A stretch of DNA of 45,008 nt from a virus (IMGVR_UViG_3300029169_000006:1-45008); one strand, 5' to 3'; shown: positions 17,655 through 28,389, numbered from the stretch's first letter. A program made the numbers and translations. The notes: generated by a model from the sequence alone, not told the origin.

Positions 17655-18920
17655 GTGGCTAACAATTTAACTAGCAACATTACTCGCAAGCTGATGCGGG
17701 TGTTTTTGAAAGCGTTCGAGTCAAATCGAGTCGTGACAAAGACAGTCGACACTCAGCTTCTCTCGGGTAAATTCACGCCTTCATCAGGTAGTACGGTGGA
17801 CTTCAAACGTCCGCACGACTATCGGACGCACAGGACTGCAGGCGGTGATATCTCGGCTGTAACCAAGTCAGACATCATCTCAGGTAAAGCGACCGGCACG
17901 GTGCAGGATTACATCACAGCAGCAACCGAGTGGGAAAACGTCGAAGAGGCATTGGAACTTGATCAGCTGGACCAGATCATTAACCCGATGGCTACTCGTA
18001 TCGTTACTGACCTTGAGGTTGATTTCGCGGGTTACTGCATGCAGAACGCAGCACTGTCTCATGGTGCGGTGGGTACGCCTGTAGCGTCATGGTCTGATGT
18101 GGCCTATTCGGGGGCGTTGATGCGCTCAGCGGGTGTGCCGAAAGACTCACCTTGGTATTACCTGATCAATCCCTATGCGCAGGTCGTATTGGCTGACGTG
18201 CAGAAGGGTCTTGCAGGTAACGACAACCTGATCGCTACGGCATGGCAGAAAGCACAGATTAGCCGTGACTTCGGTGGTCTGCAGGCTTTGACCTCGGATG
18301 CGCTGGCGTCTTACACCACTCACTCGGTCGCTGATCGTGTTGGTGCTGTGAACGGTGTGCCTGATGCTACCTATGTCACGCACAAAGACACGATGATCCA
18401 GAACGTGACTGTGGATGGCTTTGGTGCCAACCTGCAGGTGCGTGCCGGTGATGTTGTTGAGATAACAGGCCCACAACGCCTGAACCTCTCAACCCGTCAA
18501 CTGGTCATGGATCAGAATGGTACGGGTGTGCCTTATCGTGCGACGGTAACGGCTGCTGTGACGCTTGATGGCTCTGGTGCGGGTACTCTGGCTTTGGCCG
18601 GTCCTGCTATCCAGGAGGTTAATGGTCAATACAATACTGTTGATGCAGCGATTGGTGATAACGATGTTATTACCTTGCTGGGTGCAGCGGATACTGTATT
18701 GCAGCCTAACCTGTTCTACAGCTCGCAGGCGTTTGGTATCGGTACGGTGAAACTGCCGAAGCTCTTCTCAACTGACACGTTGGCAACCACCAAGGATGGC
18801 TTCTCACTTCGCGTGAGCAAGTACTCTGATGGTGATTCCAACACCCAGAAAGTTCGTTTTGACCTGTTGCCGGCTTATGCAACATTCAATCCGTTCTTCG
18901 CTGGTACCGGTTGGGGTTAA
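17655..18920 (+). CDS. Major capsid protein, P22 gp5-like
   Basis: MANNLTSN..SGSTVDFKRPH..KATGTVQDYIT..RFDLLPAYATFNPFFAG; AGGAG RBS, GTG start. Confidence 0.95.
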   Translation: MANNLTSNITRKLMRVFLKAFESNRVVTKTVDTQLLSGKFTPSSGSTVDFKRPHDYRTHRTAGGDISAVTKSDIISGKATGTVQDYITAATEWENVEEALELDQLDQIINPMATRIVTDLEVDFAGYCMQNAALSHGAVGTPVASWSDVAYSGALMRSAGVPKDSPWYYLINPYAQVVLADVQKGLAGNDNLIATAWQKAQISRDFGGLQALTSDALASYTTHSVADRVGAVNGVPDATYVTHKDTMIQNVTVDGFGANLQVRAGDVVEITGPQRLNLSTRQLVMDQNGTGVPYRATVTAAVTLDGSGAGTLALAGPAIQEVNGQYNTVDAAIGDNDVITLLGAADTVLQPNLFYSSQAFGIGTVKLPKLFSTDTLATTKDGFSLRVSKYSDGDSNTQKVRFDLLPAYATFNPFFAGTGWG

Positions 18921-19114
18921 TGGAGTACGTCACTGACGGCGATCTGGGTAATGGACAGCCTGGATCTCGTCGGTGGCACCTTATTGTTTTGCATCAGCTT
19001 GAGACTGACGAGGAAATCATCAGTTACATGAAGGATGCGCTTGAGCACGACATTGCCAAGGAAGGCGATGTCCGTTCACTGGCTGTGGAGTATGTGAATG
19101 GCAACTGTAAATGA
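18920..19114 (+). CDS. Small hypothetical protein after coat
   Basis: TAATG coupling to the coat stop. Confidence 0.6.
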   Translation: MEYVTDGDLGNGQPGSRRWHLIVLHQLETDEEIISYMKDALEHDIAKEGDVRSLAVEYVNGNCK

Positions 19115-19562
19115 TGTGGTATCTACCGCCTTGCGGTTGCTGAAGGTCAAAGACGCAGAGTCAGAGATAACAGCGAAAGAGGCCAGAGACGGCCTTGAAT
19201 CATTGAACGACATGATGAACGAGTGGGAAGAGGCGGGTCTCGAGACTGGCTTTGTCACACTGAATGATGTCAATGCAACGCTTGAGGTACCTGAGAGTAC
19301 ATTGGGTGCTATCAAGGCCAAGCTTGCGCTGTATATCGCGCCTGAGTATGAGGCGAATATCTCTCCGCAGTTAATGCAGCGCGCACGTATGAGCTTTATT
19401 CGCTTGCGTGATCGACTGGATACGATACAGGGAACAGAGTTTCCGGCTACCTTGCCGGTTGGCTCGGGCAATGAGGAATACTTTCACAGCCCGAATGGTG
19501 ATGCGCCTGGAGACTTGGTTGACAGGACGTTCTTTCCTGATAACGAAGAGCCGAACTTTTGA
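19098..19562 (+). CDS. Head-tail adaptor, P22 gp4-like
   Basis: ALRLL..DGLESLNDMM.EW..LAL.IAPEY..LPVGSGN. Confidence 0.88.
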   Translation: MATVNDVVSTALRLLKVKDAESEITAKEARDGLESLNDMMNEWEEAGLETGFVTLNDVNATLEVPESTLGAIKAKLALYIAPEYEANISPQLMQRARMSFIRLRDRLDTIQGTEFPATLPVGSGNEEYFHSPNGDAPGDLVDRTFFPDNEEPNF

Positions 19563-21007
19563 TTCCACTAGAGATAGCTACAGGATTCTATCGCTCGGAC
19601 TCACTACCACTGGCAGCCCAGCGATGTGTTAACTGGCTACCCGTCGTGCCACAGGCAAAGGCGTTGAATCAGCGTGCCTTGTTTGATGTGCCGGGTATTG
19701 TCACTCAGACGTATACGGGTGATGCGGTAACAGGGCATAACCGTGGTGCGGTATTGCTTGGCTCAGAGGCGTTCTTTGTCAATGGTCAGTCTTTTTACCG
19801 ACTGAACAAGGGTAACGTCACGAACATCGGTGAGGTCATAAGATCAAGCCGTGTATCGATGGCGGTCAGTACGAGATATGTCGTGGTTGTGGTTCCAGGT
19901 GTTAAGGCTTATGCCTATGACACACAGACGACCACGCTAACAGAGATTACAGACCCGGATTTCATTATCCCGGTGCATGTCTGCTTTAAAGACGGGTATT
20001 TCATCTTTACTGCGACTGATGGAACGGTGTTCTTTAACTCAGCCCTGAATGACCCGTTTAACTACAATGCGCTTGATTTCGGCAGTGCTGAGGTGCGGCC
20101 GGATAAGATCGTAGCCTGTCATGTAAACCACAATGAGCTGTTTGTCTGTGGTGAACATACGATAGAGCTATTTCAGAATATCGGTGGTGCCAACTTCCCC
20201 TTTCAGCGAATACAGGGGGCTAACATCCAGAAGGGTGTGCATGCACGGCATACACTGAAAGATTTCGATAACTCGTTTGTGTTTGTTGGTGGTGATAACG
20301 CGGAGTTAAGTGCTATATGGAAAGTGGTGGGTTCTGCGAGTGTCGAGAAGATATCGACCTCTGCAATTGATAATGAGATTCAGAAATTCACTAAAGACGA
20401 GATTAGCGAGGCAGTCGCGATTTCATACGCATTTGGTGGCAATTTCTTTGTTGCCTTTACGTTCACCTCGCCCTCGATTCCGTCCAAAACCTTCGTATAT
20501 GACGCAACCACATCGGCCTTGGCTGGTGAGGCAACGTGGCATGAACGACAGTCAGGCACAGTAGAGGAGCGCTGGAGGGTCACAGAGATTGTCGACCTTA
20601 ATGGCGAGCTGCTGACCTTTGATGGTGTTGACGGTCGTATCGGTAAGATGGATAAGAACACGCACACCGAATACGGTGATGTTATCTATCGTGAGAAGAC
20701 CTCACAGCCCTTTACTGACCAGGGTGACCCGCTATTCATACCCAGTATTAGATTAACCATGGAGTCTGGTGTTGGCACGATTGCTGGGCTAGATCCACAG
20801 ATTCGTATGGATTACTCGGATGATGGTGGCCGTACATGGTCAAACGCTGCATTGCGTTCATACGGCAAGATTGGTGAATACCGGACCTATCCTACCTGGA
20901 GACGACAGGGCCGCGTACCGGTTAGCCGTGTATTGAGGTTCAGAACATCAGAGGCGGTGAAGAGCGTCATTATCAAGCTTGAGGCTGATGTGGAGCAGGC
21001 AGCATGA
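19559..21007 (+). CDS. Tail hub / DNA stabilisation protein, P22 gp10-like
   Basis: DGYFIF..ALDFGSAE..PD, TFVYD..WHER, SDDGGRTWS..GKIGEY..W.R.G. Confidence 0.9.
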   Translation: MIPLEIATGFYRSDSLPLAAQRCVNWLPVVPQAKALNQRALFDVPGIVTQTYTGDAVTGHNRGAVLLGSEAFFVNGQSFYRLNKGNVTNIGEVIRSSRVSMAVSTRYVVVVVPGVKAYAYDTQTTTLTEITDPDFIIPVHVCFKDGYFIFTATDGTVFFNSALNDPFNYNALDFGSAEVRPDKIVACHVNHNELFVCGEHTIELFQNIGGANFPFQRIQGANIQKGVHARHTLKDFDNSFVFVGGDNAELSAIWKVVGSASVEKISTSAIDNEIQKFTKDEISEAVAISYAFGGNFFVAFTFTSPSIPSKTFVYDATTSALAGEATWHERQSGTVEERWRVTEIVDLNGELLTFDGVDGRIGKMDKNTHTEYGDVIYREKTSQPFTDQGDPLFIPSIRLTMESGVGTIAGLDPQIRMDYSDDGGRTWSNAALRSYGKIGEYRTYPTWRRQGRVPVSRVLRFRTSEAVKSVIIKLEADVEQAA

Positions 21008-21240
21008 CCGCTATAGCACCCAGCAGAAGCCAGCCTATTGTCGATAAGACGGGTAAGGGTACCGACAGATTGCATGCGTTCCTTGAAGAGATTCAAGGGA
21101 TTGCTTTTTCTGCGACTGGTCCGCAAGGCGCACAAGGTGAGCAGGGACCACAAGGCGTACAGGGGCCTGCAGGTACAGGTGGTGGTGGCATTGTGGTTGT
21201 GCCGGATGAAGAGTCTTTCGATTTTGACCTAGGATTATAA
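21004..21240 (+). CDS. Short tail needle-position protein with collagen-like Gly-X-Y repeats
   Basis: PIVD..G..T N-terminus then GPQGAQGEQGPQGVQGPAG; gp26 position. Confidence 0.6.
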   Translation: MTAIAPSRSQPIVDKTGKGTDRLHAFLEEIQGIAFSATGPQGAQGEQGPQGVQGPAGTGGGGIVVVPDEESFDFDLGL

Positions 21241-21558
21241 ATGGCGCTCGCGTTTAAGATATTGGGCCAGACTGGCGACGCGTCTAGTGAGGTCACGCTG
21301 TACTCAGTGCCTAATGGCGCAGAAACCAAGTTACAGGTCGTGGTCGCTAACCGTGGATCTGCGGCAACCTATCGGGTTGCGGTGATTCCAGGTGGCGGGG
21401 CTACGGCGAATGAGAATTATGTGGCATTTGATGAGCCTATTCCTGCGAATACGTCTTATCTCAGCCCGGTATTTCAACTATCAGGTCTTGATGCGGTCAA
21501 GGTGACAGCCTCAACGGCAACAGTATCTTTTACTGCCAGTGGGGCAGAACAAACTTAA
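21241..21558 (+). CDS. Small beta-sandwich structural protein
   Basis: FKILGQ..TLYSVP..VANR..YRVAV..VSFTASG.E family pattern. Confidence 0.65.
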   Translation: MALAFKILGQTGDASSEVTLYSVPNGAETKLQVVVANRGSAATYRVAVIPGGGATANENYVAFDEPIPANTSYLSPVFQLSGLDAVKVTASTATVSFTASGAEQT

Positions 21559-21567
21559 AGGTGTGGC

Positions 21568-22005
21568 ATGGCAACAGGTGATGTAACAGTATTTGAAGAG
21601 GCGAAAGCCTACATGATCGACGGTGGGTGGGAATCCACTGATGACATCAAGTGTGCAATCCTCGATAACACCACGGCACCGACAGCGGCTGATACTACGC
21701 CTGCGCTGGGTGATTACACTGAGGTGGGCGCGGCTGGTTCGTATACAGCGGGTGGCACAAGTCTTGGCACGTTGGGTACGTTGGTTGCTGAGGCGGGTGG
21801 TACGATGACATTTGACTCTACCACCAATCCTACCTGGGCTGCGAATGGCTCAAATGATACTGACGCTTTCTGGGGTTTGATTTATAACGACACAGATGGC
21901 GCTGATCGGGCGATTGCGTTTGTTGAGCTGGGTGGGCCTGTGAACATGGCAACCACGGCTTTGACTATTAACTGGAATGCCAGCGGTATTTACACGATTA
22001 CCTAA
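21568..22005 (+). CDS. Conserved phage structural (fibre-associated) protein
   Basis: DDIKCAIL..EV..GSYTAGG..L..FD..TW..LIYNDT..LTINWNASGI. Confidence 0.7.
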   Translation: MATGDVTVFEEAKAYMIDGGWESTDDIKCAILDNTTAPTAADTTPALGDYTEVGAAGSYTAGGTSLGTLGTLVAEAGGTMTFDSTTNPTWAANGSNDTDAFWGLIYNDTDGADRAIAFVELGGPVNMATTALTINWNASGIYTIT

Positions 22006-24254
22006 TGGCTAACCTGCTCCAATATACCGGAGGCGCTAAAGCACAAGGAAACCCACCTGAAACATGGACTGCACCTACCAGCCTGTTTGATACACAGGAC
22101 CGGGCTGATAGTGGGGCGGGTACGTTTGCGACAGCAACCTCACGATGGACTGCACCTACGGGTGGACATCCTGACTGTTATATCTTAAAGGCCCGCTACG
22201 AGTACCACGACACCTCGAACGGTCGTTTAAACCCGCAGGGTCGCTTTGCGCTGATATCTGGCACAGGGAATCTGGTGACGGCCACAACAGGTGGTTATAA
22301 CCGTGATAACTCTGAGGATCGATCCTATGTGGAGACATGGGCGGTCTATGACCAGCCCTCAGATGGCGCAACGGTAGACTTTCAGTGGAAAGCTGACACA
22401 GATGACTCAACGGGTGGCACTGAGCGCTCAACGTATCAGGTCACACCGTTTTACTATTCCAATATTGGGATGTACACGTCGACATCGGCGGCTTTGTATG
22501 GTGGTACGACCCCGAATCAGGTCACAGGATTTGCGGCGGTTCGTGAGTCAGATACTGCAGCAATTGAGATGGTGTCGAATGTCGTTACCGTAAAGGGCGA
22601 CAACAAACGATATATAGCACTTGGCGGTCAGTTCTTTGAGGGTCGTGGCGGGCGCACACAGCGCTGGCATGGCTTCCGTATAGACGGGACCAAGGACGAC
22701 TCAGCCAAGGCATACAGTTACTACCGAAACACGGCAAACGATGAGTCTGGGGATATATTCTCCAAGCTGATTGACCGGGTTACGACAGATATCACGATTG
22801 ACCAGTTCTGCTATCGCGGTGATGGGGTTGGTGCCTCACAGGGTGGTGCAGACGCTGATGGCTCTACGCCTGGGGTGGGTGCACATGCCATTGTGGTGCT
22901 GGAATTAAACGATAGTGCTGAGGTCTTTTATTCAAGCACGAATGCAGACAGTGCGAACCTTGCTACGACGGGACCGGTTGATTTAAGCCTGTTCCCAAGC
23001 GCTAATTTTAATTCGGACTCAGCCTCGTTTACACGGGTATCGGACACAGCGGTCAATTGCGAATCAGCAATGGACCTGATGTTTGGGTTCAATGTCGCGG
23101 CCGCACAGAACACGGTATCTACTACCACGCGTTGGACGGCATATGCTGAACCAACCATCAATGGCACAGAGAATGCTGATCTGTTTGCCGGCGATTACAT
23201 GCGTAATAACCAGGGTGCGATTGATACCTTTGGTTGGTCTGCGAACTGCGGTGGCTTTATTGCTGTCGCGGCTAACGATGACTTTGGCGTCTCGGTCACT
23301 GAGCTATCAGGTTCTGAGGGCGGTGGCGGCTCGATTGACTCGAACTCGGGTTGGGCTGGTGTTTGGGGGTTAAACCTAGACACGCTGGAGGATGCGGGTG
23401 GCAGTGTTACGGTCAACGCAACGACCGCGGCACTTACCCTCACAGAACAGCAAGCCTCTATAGCGCTTAGCACAGAGATTAGTGCAGGGCTTGATGCCCT
23501 TACGCTAACAGCGTTTCCGGCATCTATCAGCCTTGGATACACGGTAGAGACAAGTACTGATGCCCTGTCTTTGGCTGGGCTTCAGGCGTCGATTGGTCTT
23601 GATTTAGAGATTAGCGCGGGCTTTGAGGCGCTGACTCTCACGACGTTCCCGGCAACGATAGAGACAGGCTCGGCCATCAATGCAGGGGTGCATAACCTTG
23701 TATTGACAGAACAACAGGCATCGATCGATTTATCGATGGTGGTTGATGCGGGGGTGCAGGTATTAAGCCTGACGGCATTCCCGGCCAGTATTGACCAGAG
23801 CATAGAGATCAATGCAGGCGTTGATACGCTTAGCTTGCAGACCTTTGCGGCATCGATTGACAAGTCGCTGACGATTGAGGCCGGCACACAGGCTTTATCA
23901 CTACAGACATTTGCAGCAGGGATTGGCACTGATAGTGCTATCCAGGCGAATACACACGCACTAACGCTTACCACGTACCAGGCCAGTGTTGATCTGGATC
24001 TGACGGTTAGCGCGGGCGTTGATGCGTTATCGATCACTGAACATCAGGCCAGTATCGATGTTGCATATGTGGTCAATGCGACTACGGATAGCCTGGGATT
24101 AACGACGTTCCCTGCCTCAATTGATACGGTGGGTGATGTCATTATCGAGGCATCGGTGGCTAATCTTGCCTTGCAGGCACATCGGGCGGTTATTTACACA
24201 GAGCGGGCTAATGACGGCATGTTCTGTAAGTCTTTCAAGAGTACATTTTCTTGA
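22005..24254 (+). CDS. Fibre-like protein: globular N-terminal domains plus about twelve 22-aa beta repeats
   Basis: Repeats like TEISAGLDALTLTAFPASISLG in the C-terminal third. Confidence 0.75.
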   Translation: MANLLQYTGGAKAQGNPPETWTAPTSLFDTQDRADSGAGTFATATSRWTAPTGGHPDCYILKARYEYHDTSNGRLNPQGRFALISGTGNLVTATTGGYNRDNSEDRSYVETWAVYDQPSDGATVDFQWKADTDDSTGGTERSTYQVTPFYYSNIGMYTSTSAALYGGTTPNQVTGFAAVRESDTAAIEMVSNVVTVKGDNKRYIALGGQFFEGRGGRTQRWHGFRIDGTKDDSAKAYSYYRNTANDESGDIFSKLIDRVTTDITIDQFCYRGDGVGASQGGADADGSTPGVGAHAIVVLELNDSAEVFYSSTNADSANLATTGPVDLSLFPSANFNSDSASFTRVSDTAVNCESAMDLMFGFNVAAAQNTVSTTTRWTAYAEPTINGTENADLFAGDYMRNNQGAIDTFGWSANCGGFIAVAANDDFGVSVTELSGSEGGGGSIDSNSGWAGVWGLNLDTLEDAGGSVTVNATTAALTLTEQQASIALSTEISAGLDALTLTAFPASISLGYTVETSTDALSLAGLQASIGLDLEISAGFEALTLTTFPATIETGSAINAGVHNLVLTEQQASIDLSMVVDAGVQVLSLTAFPASIDQSIEINAGVDTLSLQTFAASIDKSLTIEAGTQALSLQTFAAGIGTDSAIQANTHALTLTTYQASVDLDLTVSAGVDALSITEHQASIDVAYVVNATTDSLGLTTFPASIDTVGDVIIEASVANLALQAHRAVIYTERANDGMFCKSFKSTFS

Positions 24255-24652
24255 TTCAGATCACTGAAAACATGGAGATTGTTAATTCGATCTACCACCA
24301 CCCTCAGATATGGCCGGATATTGTGCCTGATGGGGTTGAGATGTTTGACGTGCCGTATCAGCCTAATTTGTTGTACTTGCTGGTTAATGAATGTGACGGG
24401 GTGATTGTTCTCCACTCGTTCAGGGATGGTTACAAGATTCATCCGAATTTCCTGCCTGAGAAGCGTGGCAAGACAGCTTATGAGGCGATTGATCAGGCGG
24501 TGAGGTTTATGTTCGAGACCGGGGCTAATGTGATTTACGCAGAGATCGACCCGAAACTACGGCATGTAACGAGATGTGCGGTACATAACCAGTTTTTATT
24601 GCTAGAGCGTAACGAAAGGCATTTGTATGCCAGAAGGAAATTAAACTCATGA
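24251..24652 (+). CDS. GNAT-like protein, P22 gp14 position
   Basis: IHPNFLPEKRGK motif; immediately before the ejection genes. Confidence 0.6.
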   Translation: MIQITENMEIVNSIYHHPQIWPDIVPDGVEMFDVPYQPNLLYLLVNECDGVIVLHSFRDGYKIHPNFLPEKRGKTAYEAIDQAVRFMFETGANVIYAEIDPKLRHVTRCAVHNQFLLLERNERHLYARRKLNS

Positions 24653-25314
24653 TTTTTGACGCACTTGATGACGCGTTCTTTGGCGGTGCCGAGAAAGATG
24701 CAGCTAATGCCGAGGCAAATGCTATCAATGCCGGTGCTGATCGTGGCATACAGGCGATTAGTGACCAGCTTGGCTTTAGTGTTGAGCAGATGCGTCAGCT
24801 TCTTGGTCAGACCGAGGGGCAATTTGATCCGTTTGTACAGCAGGGACAGGGCGCGGTACGGGCTGAGGGTGATTTGCTCGGTATTAACGGTCGTGACGCA
24901 GAACAACGGGCGATAAACAACTTTACCGAGTCACCTGGGCAGGCTTTTTTGCGTGAAAGGGCTGAAAAGTCACTATTGCGCAATAACGCGGCGATTGGCG
25001 GCCTTGGTGGCGGCAATGTGCGTAGTGCATTGAACGAACAGGCCGTAGGCATTGCAGGCGCACAGCTTGGAGAGCGTCAAGACAGGCTATCTAACGCGGC
25101 AAACCGTGGATTGAGCGCGGTGGGCAACCTTGGGGCCTTGAGAACGGGTGTTGGTAGCAATATCGGCTCTTTGAGCTCGAATGCAGGGGCTAATATCGCC
25201 AATATCTCAGCAAATGCAGGGCTTAATAGCGGTGCAGCACTGGGTGCGGGCATAAGAGGCCGTGCATCGGGTATTGGCAGTGGTCTGAGTCGTATTGCAG
25301 GAGCGTTTCTATAA
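24649..25314 (+). CDS. DNA ejection protein, gp7-like
   Basis: DPFVQQG..ESPGQAFL..AAIGGLGGGNV; Gly/Ala/Asn-rich C-terminus. Confidence 0.8.
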   Translation: MIFDALDDAFFGGAEKDAANAEANAINAGADRGIQAISDQLGFSVEQMRQLLGQTEGQFDPFVQQGQGAVRAEGDLLGINGRDAEQRAINNFTESPGQAFLRERAEKSLLRNNAAIGGLGGGNVRSALNEQAVGIAGAQLGERQDRLSNAANRGLSAVGNLGALRTGVGSNIGSLSSNAGANIANISANAGLNSGAALGAGIRGRASGIGSGLSRIAGAFL

Positions 25315-26606
25315 TGGCAACTGATTTACTGCGTCGCGTAGGTCAGGGACTGGTTTCTTTCGGAACCGGTGTACCTCAGTCGCAAATAGACACAATCAGG
25401 GCTGATCGAGACACGGCACAGTCACAGGCGCGTGTCAGTGAGGTCCAGGCACAGCAGGCAGAGGGTGCGGCGGTCGAAGATCAGCGTTTTAACTCACTGG
25501 CCAATATTGCTTTTGGCGAAGGCCCAGACGCAAACAAAGCAAAGAGAGCTTTAGCTATTCAATTTCCTGAGCGATTTGACAAGATCAATAGCTCATTAGG
25601 CGTTATCAATGACGAGAAGCGCGCTAGCCTGTCTCAGTTTGCAGCTAATGCCTTAGATATACCGTTCGGACCTGAAAGAAATGCTTTTATCAAGCGAAGG
25701 GTCGATGAAGACCCGGAGAGGTTCACACATACCGCTCAATTGCTGGATTCACGCAATGAGCTGTCGCAGAACAGGGTTTTACGTGCCGCGCAGTTCTCTG
25801 CTCTCAGTCCGGAAGATCGTCTCGCACAGAGCAATAGAGAGCGCGAGGCAGCGGCTCAAGCGGATCGAGGTGAGAATACACCGTCTGACCTAGTTACATT
25901 TAACGCATTAGTTGATGCGGCGGCAGAGAGAGATGCTGCCGGGCAACCAACAGATAGAGCAATTGCAGCACAAACAGAGCTTAGAACACGTGCACCCGCA
26001 GGAACCTCGGCGGCAGAGAGAATAGCCAATGATCCAGAGTTGGGCGATAGGATCGCAGACCAAAAAGAGGCAGAGAAATTTGCGGCATCCACGGGCGCTG
26101 ATCGGGCAAAACGAATCGATTCTGCATTAGAGCGCGTGCAAAACATTGATCAGAATATCAATAATCTTGATCAGGCTATTGCTGCATTAGATAGCGGGGC
26201 ATCTACTGGTGCTATTGAGAGCCGTTTCTTCCCCACCATTAGGGAATCAACGGTGGCCCTTGAGCAGATACAGGCTCAATTGGGCCTTGATGTTGTTCAG
26301 TCGGTTCAATTCGGTGCGTTATCAGAGGGCGAATTGCAGTTAGCTTTAGCTACAGCCCTGCCGACCGGATTGCAGCCTAACGAATTAAGAGAATGGATTC
26401 AGAATCGTCAGTCCTCGCAGCGCAAATTAAAAGGTTATTTCGAGGATCAAATAGATTTCTTGGACCAGGGCGGAACTATTGCCGGGTTTGTCAGGGATAG
26501 AAAAAGAAAGGCTGAAGGCGGTAGTAAGCAATCATCTACAACCTCTCAGAAACCCATATCAGAGATGACGGACGAAGAGCTACAGGCGGTTATCGATGGC
26601 AGTTAG
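25314..26606 (+). CDS. DNA ejection protein, gp20-like
   Basis: Helical, GLDVV...FGALSEGEL motif; position. Confidence 0.7.
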   Translation: MATDLLRRVGQGLVSFGTGVPQSQIDTIRADRDTAQSQARVSEVQAQQAEGAAVEDQRFNSLANIAFGEGPDANKAKRALAIQFPERFDKINSSLGVINDEKRASLSQFAANALDIPFGPERNAFIKRRVDEDPERFTHTAQLLDSRNELSQNRVLRAAQFSALSPEDRLAQSNREREAAAQADRGENTPSDLVTFNALVDAAAERDAAGQPTDRAIAAQTELRTRAPAGTSAAERIANDPELGDRIADQKEAEKFAASTGADRAKRIDSALERVQNIDQNINNLDQAIAALDSGASTGAIESRFFPTIRESTVALEQIQAQLGLDVVQSVQFGALSEGELQLALATALPTGLQPNELREWIQNRQSSQRKLKGYFEDQIDFLDQGGTIAGFVRDRKRKAEGGSKQSSTTSQKPISEMTDEELQAVIDGS

Positions 26607-28389
26607 TGCAGAAGAAGCACGCAAGGAACTTGCACGACGTGAGTTAGCCAGACGTAAGGCGGAACGCACCCAGAGCACTCCAAGTGAAACATCGCAACTG
26701 GACCAGTTTGGTCGCTCCATATTTCCGGGTGTTTTTGAGGCTACGCAAGGGTTTCAGTCTGGTCTTCGTAATGCAGCGTCAGGCGTCAATCAACTGATGA
26801 ACCTTGGTGATCAAGGCGTTCAGCAAGAAGAGGCTGCAGCTATCGCCAAGAGAGATCAGCGCGTTAGCGATCTGGGTACGTTTGCCGAGGTTGGTTCGTT
26901 TGTTGGCGAGGTTGCACCGTCTGCACTATTGCCGGGCGGACCTACTGGCAGCCTAGCCAGACGTTTGGCCGGTGGTGTAGCTTCAGATGTTGCCGCGTCA
27001 GTAGCGGACCCGGTTCGGGAGGACCAAACGCGGGCTGGCAATTTGCAGAATACAGCTACATTCAGTGCTGGGACTCGATCAGTCGGTGGTGTTGCATCGG
27101 GTCTGTTCCAACGGTTCTCTAGCGCAAAAGCTGGTGATGTTAGCTCTGCTGATGCCAGGGAGCTTATAGACACTGCAGACGCAAACGGGATTCAACTATT
27201 TTTTGATGATATCAGTGACAGCGTTTTAGCTAAGAAGGCTAGTGTGGCCGCTGAGTCATTTGGAGCTTTAGGTACTGGTCGAGGCCGTGCAGAGCAGAAT
27301 GTACAGGCCGCAGAGGCAGCTAATCGATGGCTGCAAAGGGTAACCGGTGACGTTGATAGCTTCGATGAGATTGTGCAGGAAGGCTTAAAGAAAAAGCTAA
27401 ATTTATTCAAAGAGGCGGCCTCTCGTAGATATACAAGGGTCGGTCAAGCCATTGGTGATGGTGAAGTGGCAACGCCTAACTTTGACCGCTTGGCACAAGC
27501 TGGAATAAACGCAGAGGCAGCTAAGAAAACGAGGGCAAATACTGAGGTTCAGTCTTTTCTCGCTAAGTTCAGGGATGCACCACGCGGCACATTTGATGAA
27601 ATGATTGAGTTTCGCTCTGATTTCAACAAAGAGGTCAGCGGGTTTATTCTGGATAACCCACAGATCAATCACTCATCGATTACCTCATTGAGAAACGCTC
27701 AAGAGGCTATCAATGGTGATATGGCCGCGCACGCCAAGAACAACGGCGCAGAAGGGGCTTGGAATGCTGCTAACAAGTTCTATCAAAGTGCTGTTGGCCC
27801 TTTCAAAGAGGGTAAGTTAAAGAATCTTGTTAATGACCGTAGTGCTGCTAACTTCGATGAGCAATCAGCGTGGCGATACCTGATGTCTCAGACGACCAAC
27901 CCAGCCCGTGCTCAGAAAATGTTTAGGTCTCTGGATTCAAAGGGCAGACAGGCGGTTAGATTTGGTCTTGTCAAAGAGGCTGTGGACGCCGCAACGCTAG
28001 AGGGTAAGCCATTTAGCCCGGCAAGGTTTGCCTCGTTTCTTGAGAAGCGCGGCCCCGTTGTTGATCAGTTCTTTCGAGGTTCAAGCGGTAAGGAGCTTGA
28101 TGGTCTGGTTAAGGTCATGCGGCATATTGAGCGTGCTGGTCAGTTTGCAGAAAACCCGCCAACAGGCCAGAGGATCATACCGTTATTGCTTGGTGGTGGC
28201 CTTGCCGTCTCCCCAGAGGCGACGATAGCTGCAGCAGGTGGTGCGTTTGGCCTACAGAGATTATTTCAAACACAGACGGGCAGAAACTTATTGCTTGGTG
28301 CAAATAAAGTTACACCTGGATCTGCTGAGTTTGATCGACTTATTGAGAAGGTTGAGCGCGTGGCGGCCCGTGGTGCTGGTCAGCCCTAG
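26596..28389 (+). CDS. DNA ejection protein, gp16-like
   Basis: Large Ala/Gly-rich helical protein, FSPARFA and NPPTGQR motifs; third in the ejection trio. Confidence 0.7.
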   Translation: MAVSAEEARKELARRELARRKAERTQSTPSETSQLDQFGRSIFPGVFEATQGFQSGLRNAASGVNQLMNLGDQGVQQEEAAAIAKRDQRVSDLGTFAEVGSFVGEVAPSALLPGGPTGSLARRLAGGVASDVAASVADPVREDQTRAGNLQNTATFSAGTRSVGGVASGLFQRFSSAKAGDVSSADARELIDTADANGIQLFFDDISDSVLAKKASVAAESFGALGTGRGRAEQNVQAAEAANRWLQRVTGDVDSFDEIVQEGLKKKLNLFKEAASRRYTRVGQAIGDGEVATPNFDRLAQAGINAEAAKKTRANTEVQSFLAKFRDAPRGTFDEMIEFRSDFNKEVSGFILDNPQINHSSITSLRNAQEAINGDMAAHAKNNGAEGAWNAANKFYQSAVGPFKEGKLKNLVNDRSAANFDEQSAWRYLMSQTTNPARAQKMFRSLDSKGRQAVRFGLVKEAVDAATLEGKPFSPARFASFLEKRGPVVDQFFRGSSGKELDGLVKVMRHIERAGQFAENPPTGQRIIPLLLGGGLAVSPEATIAAAGGAFGLQRLFQTQTGRNLLLGANKVTPGSAEFDRLIEKVERVAARGAGQP

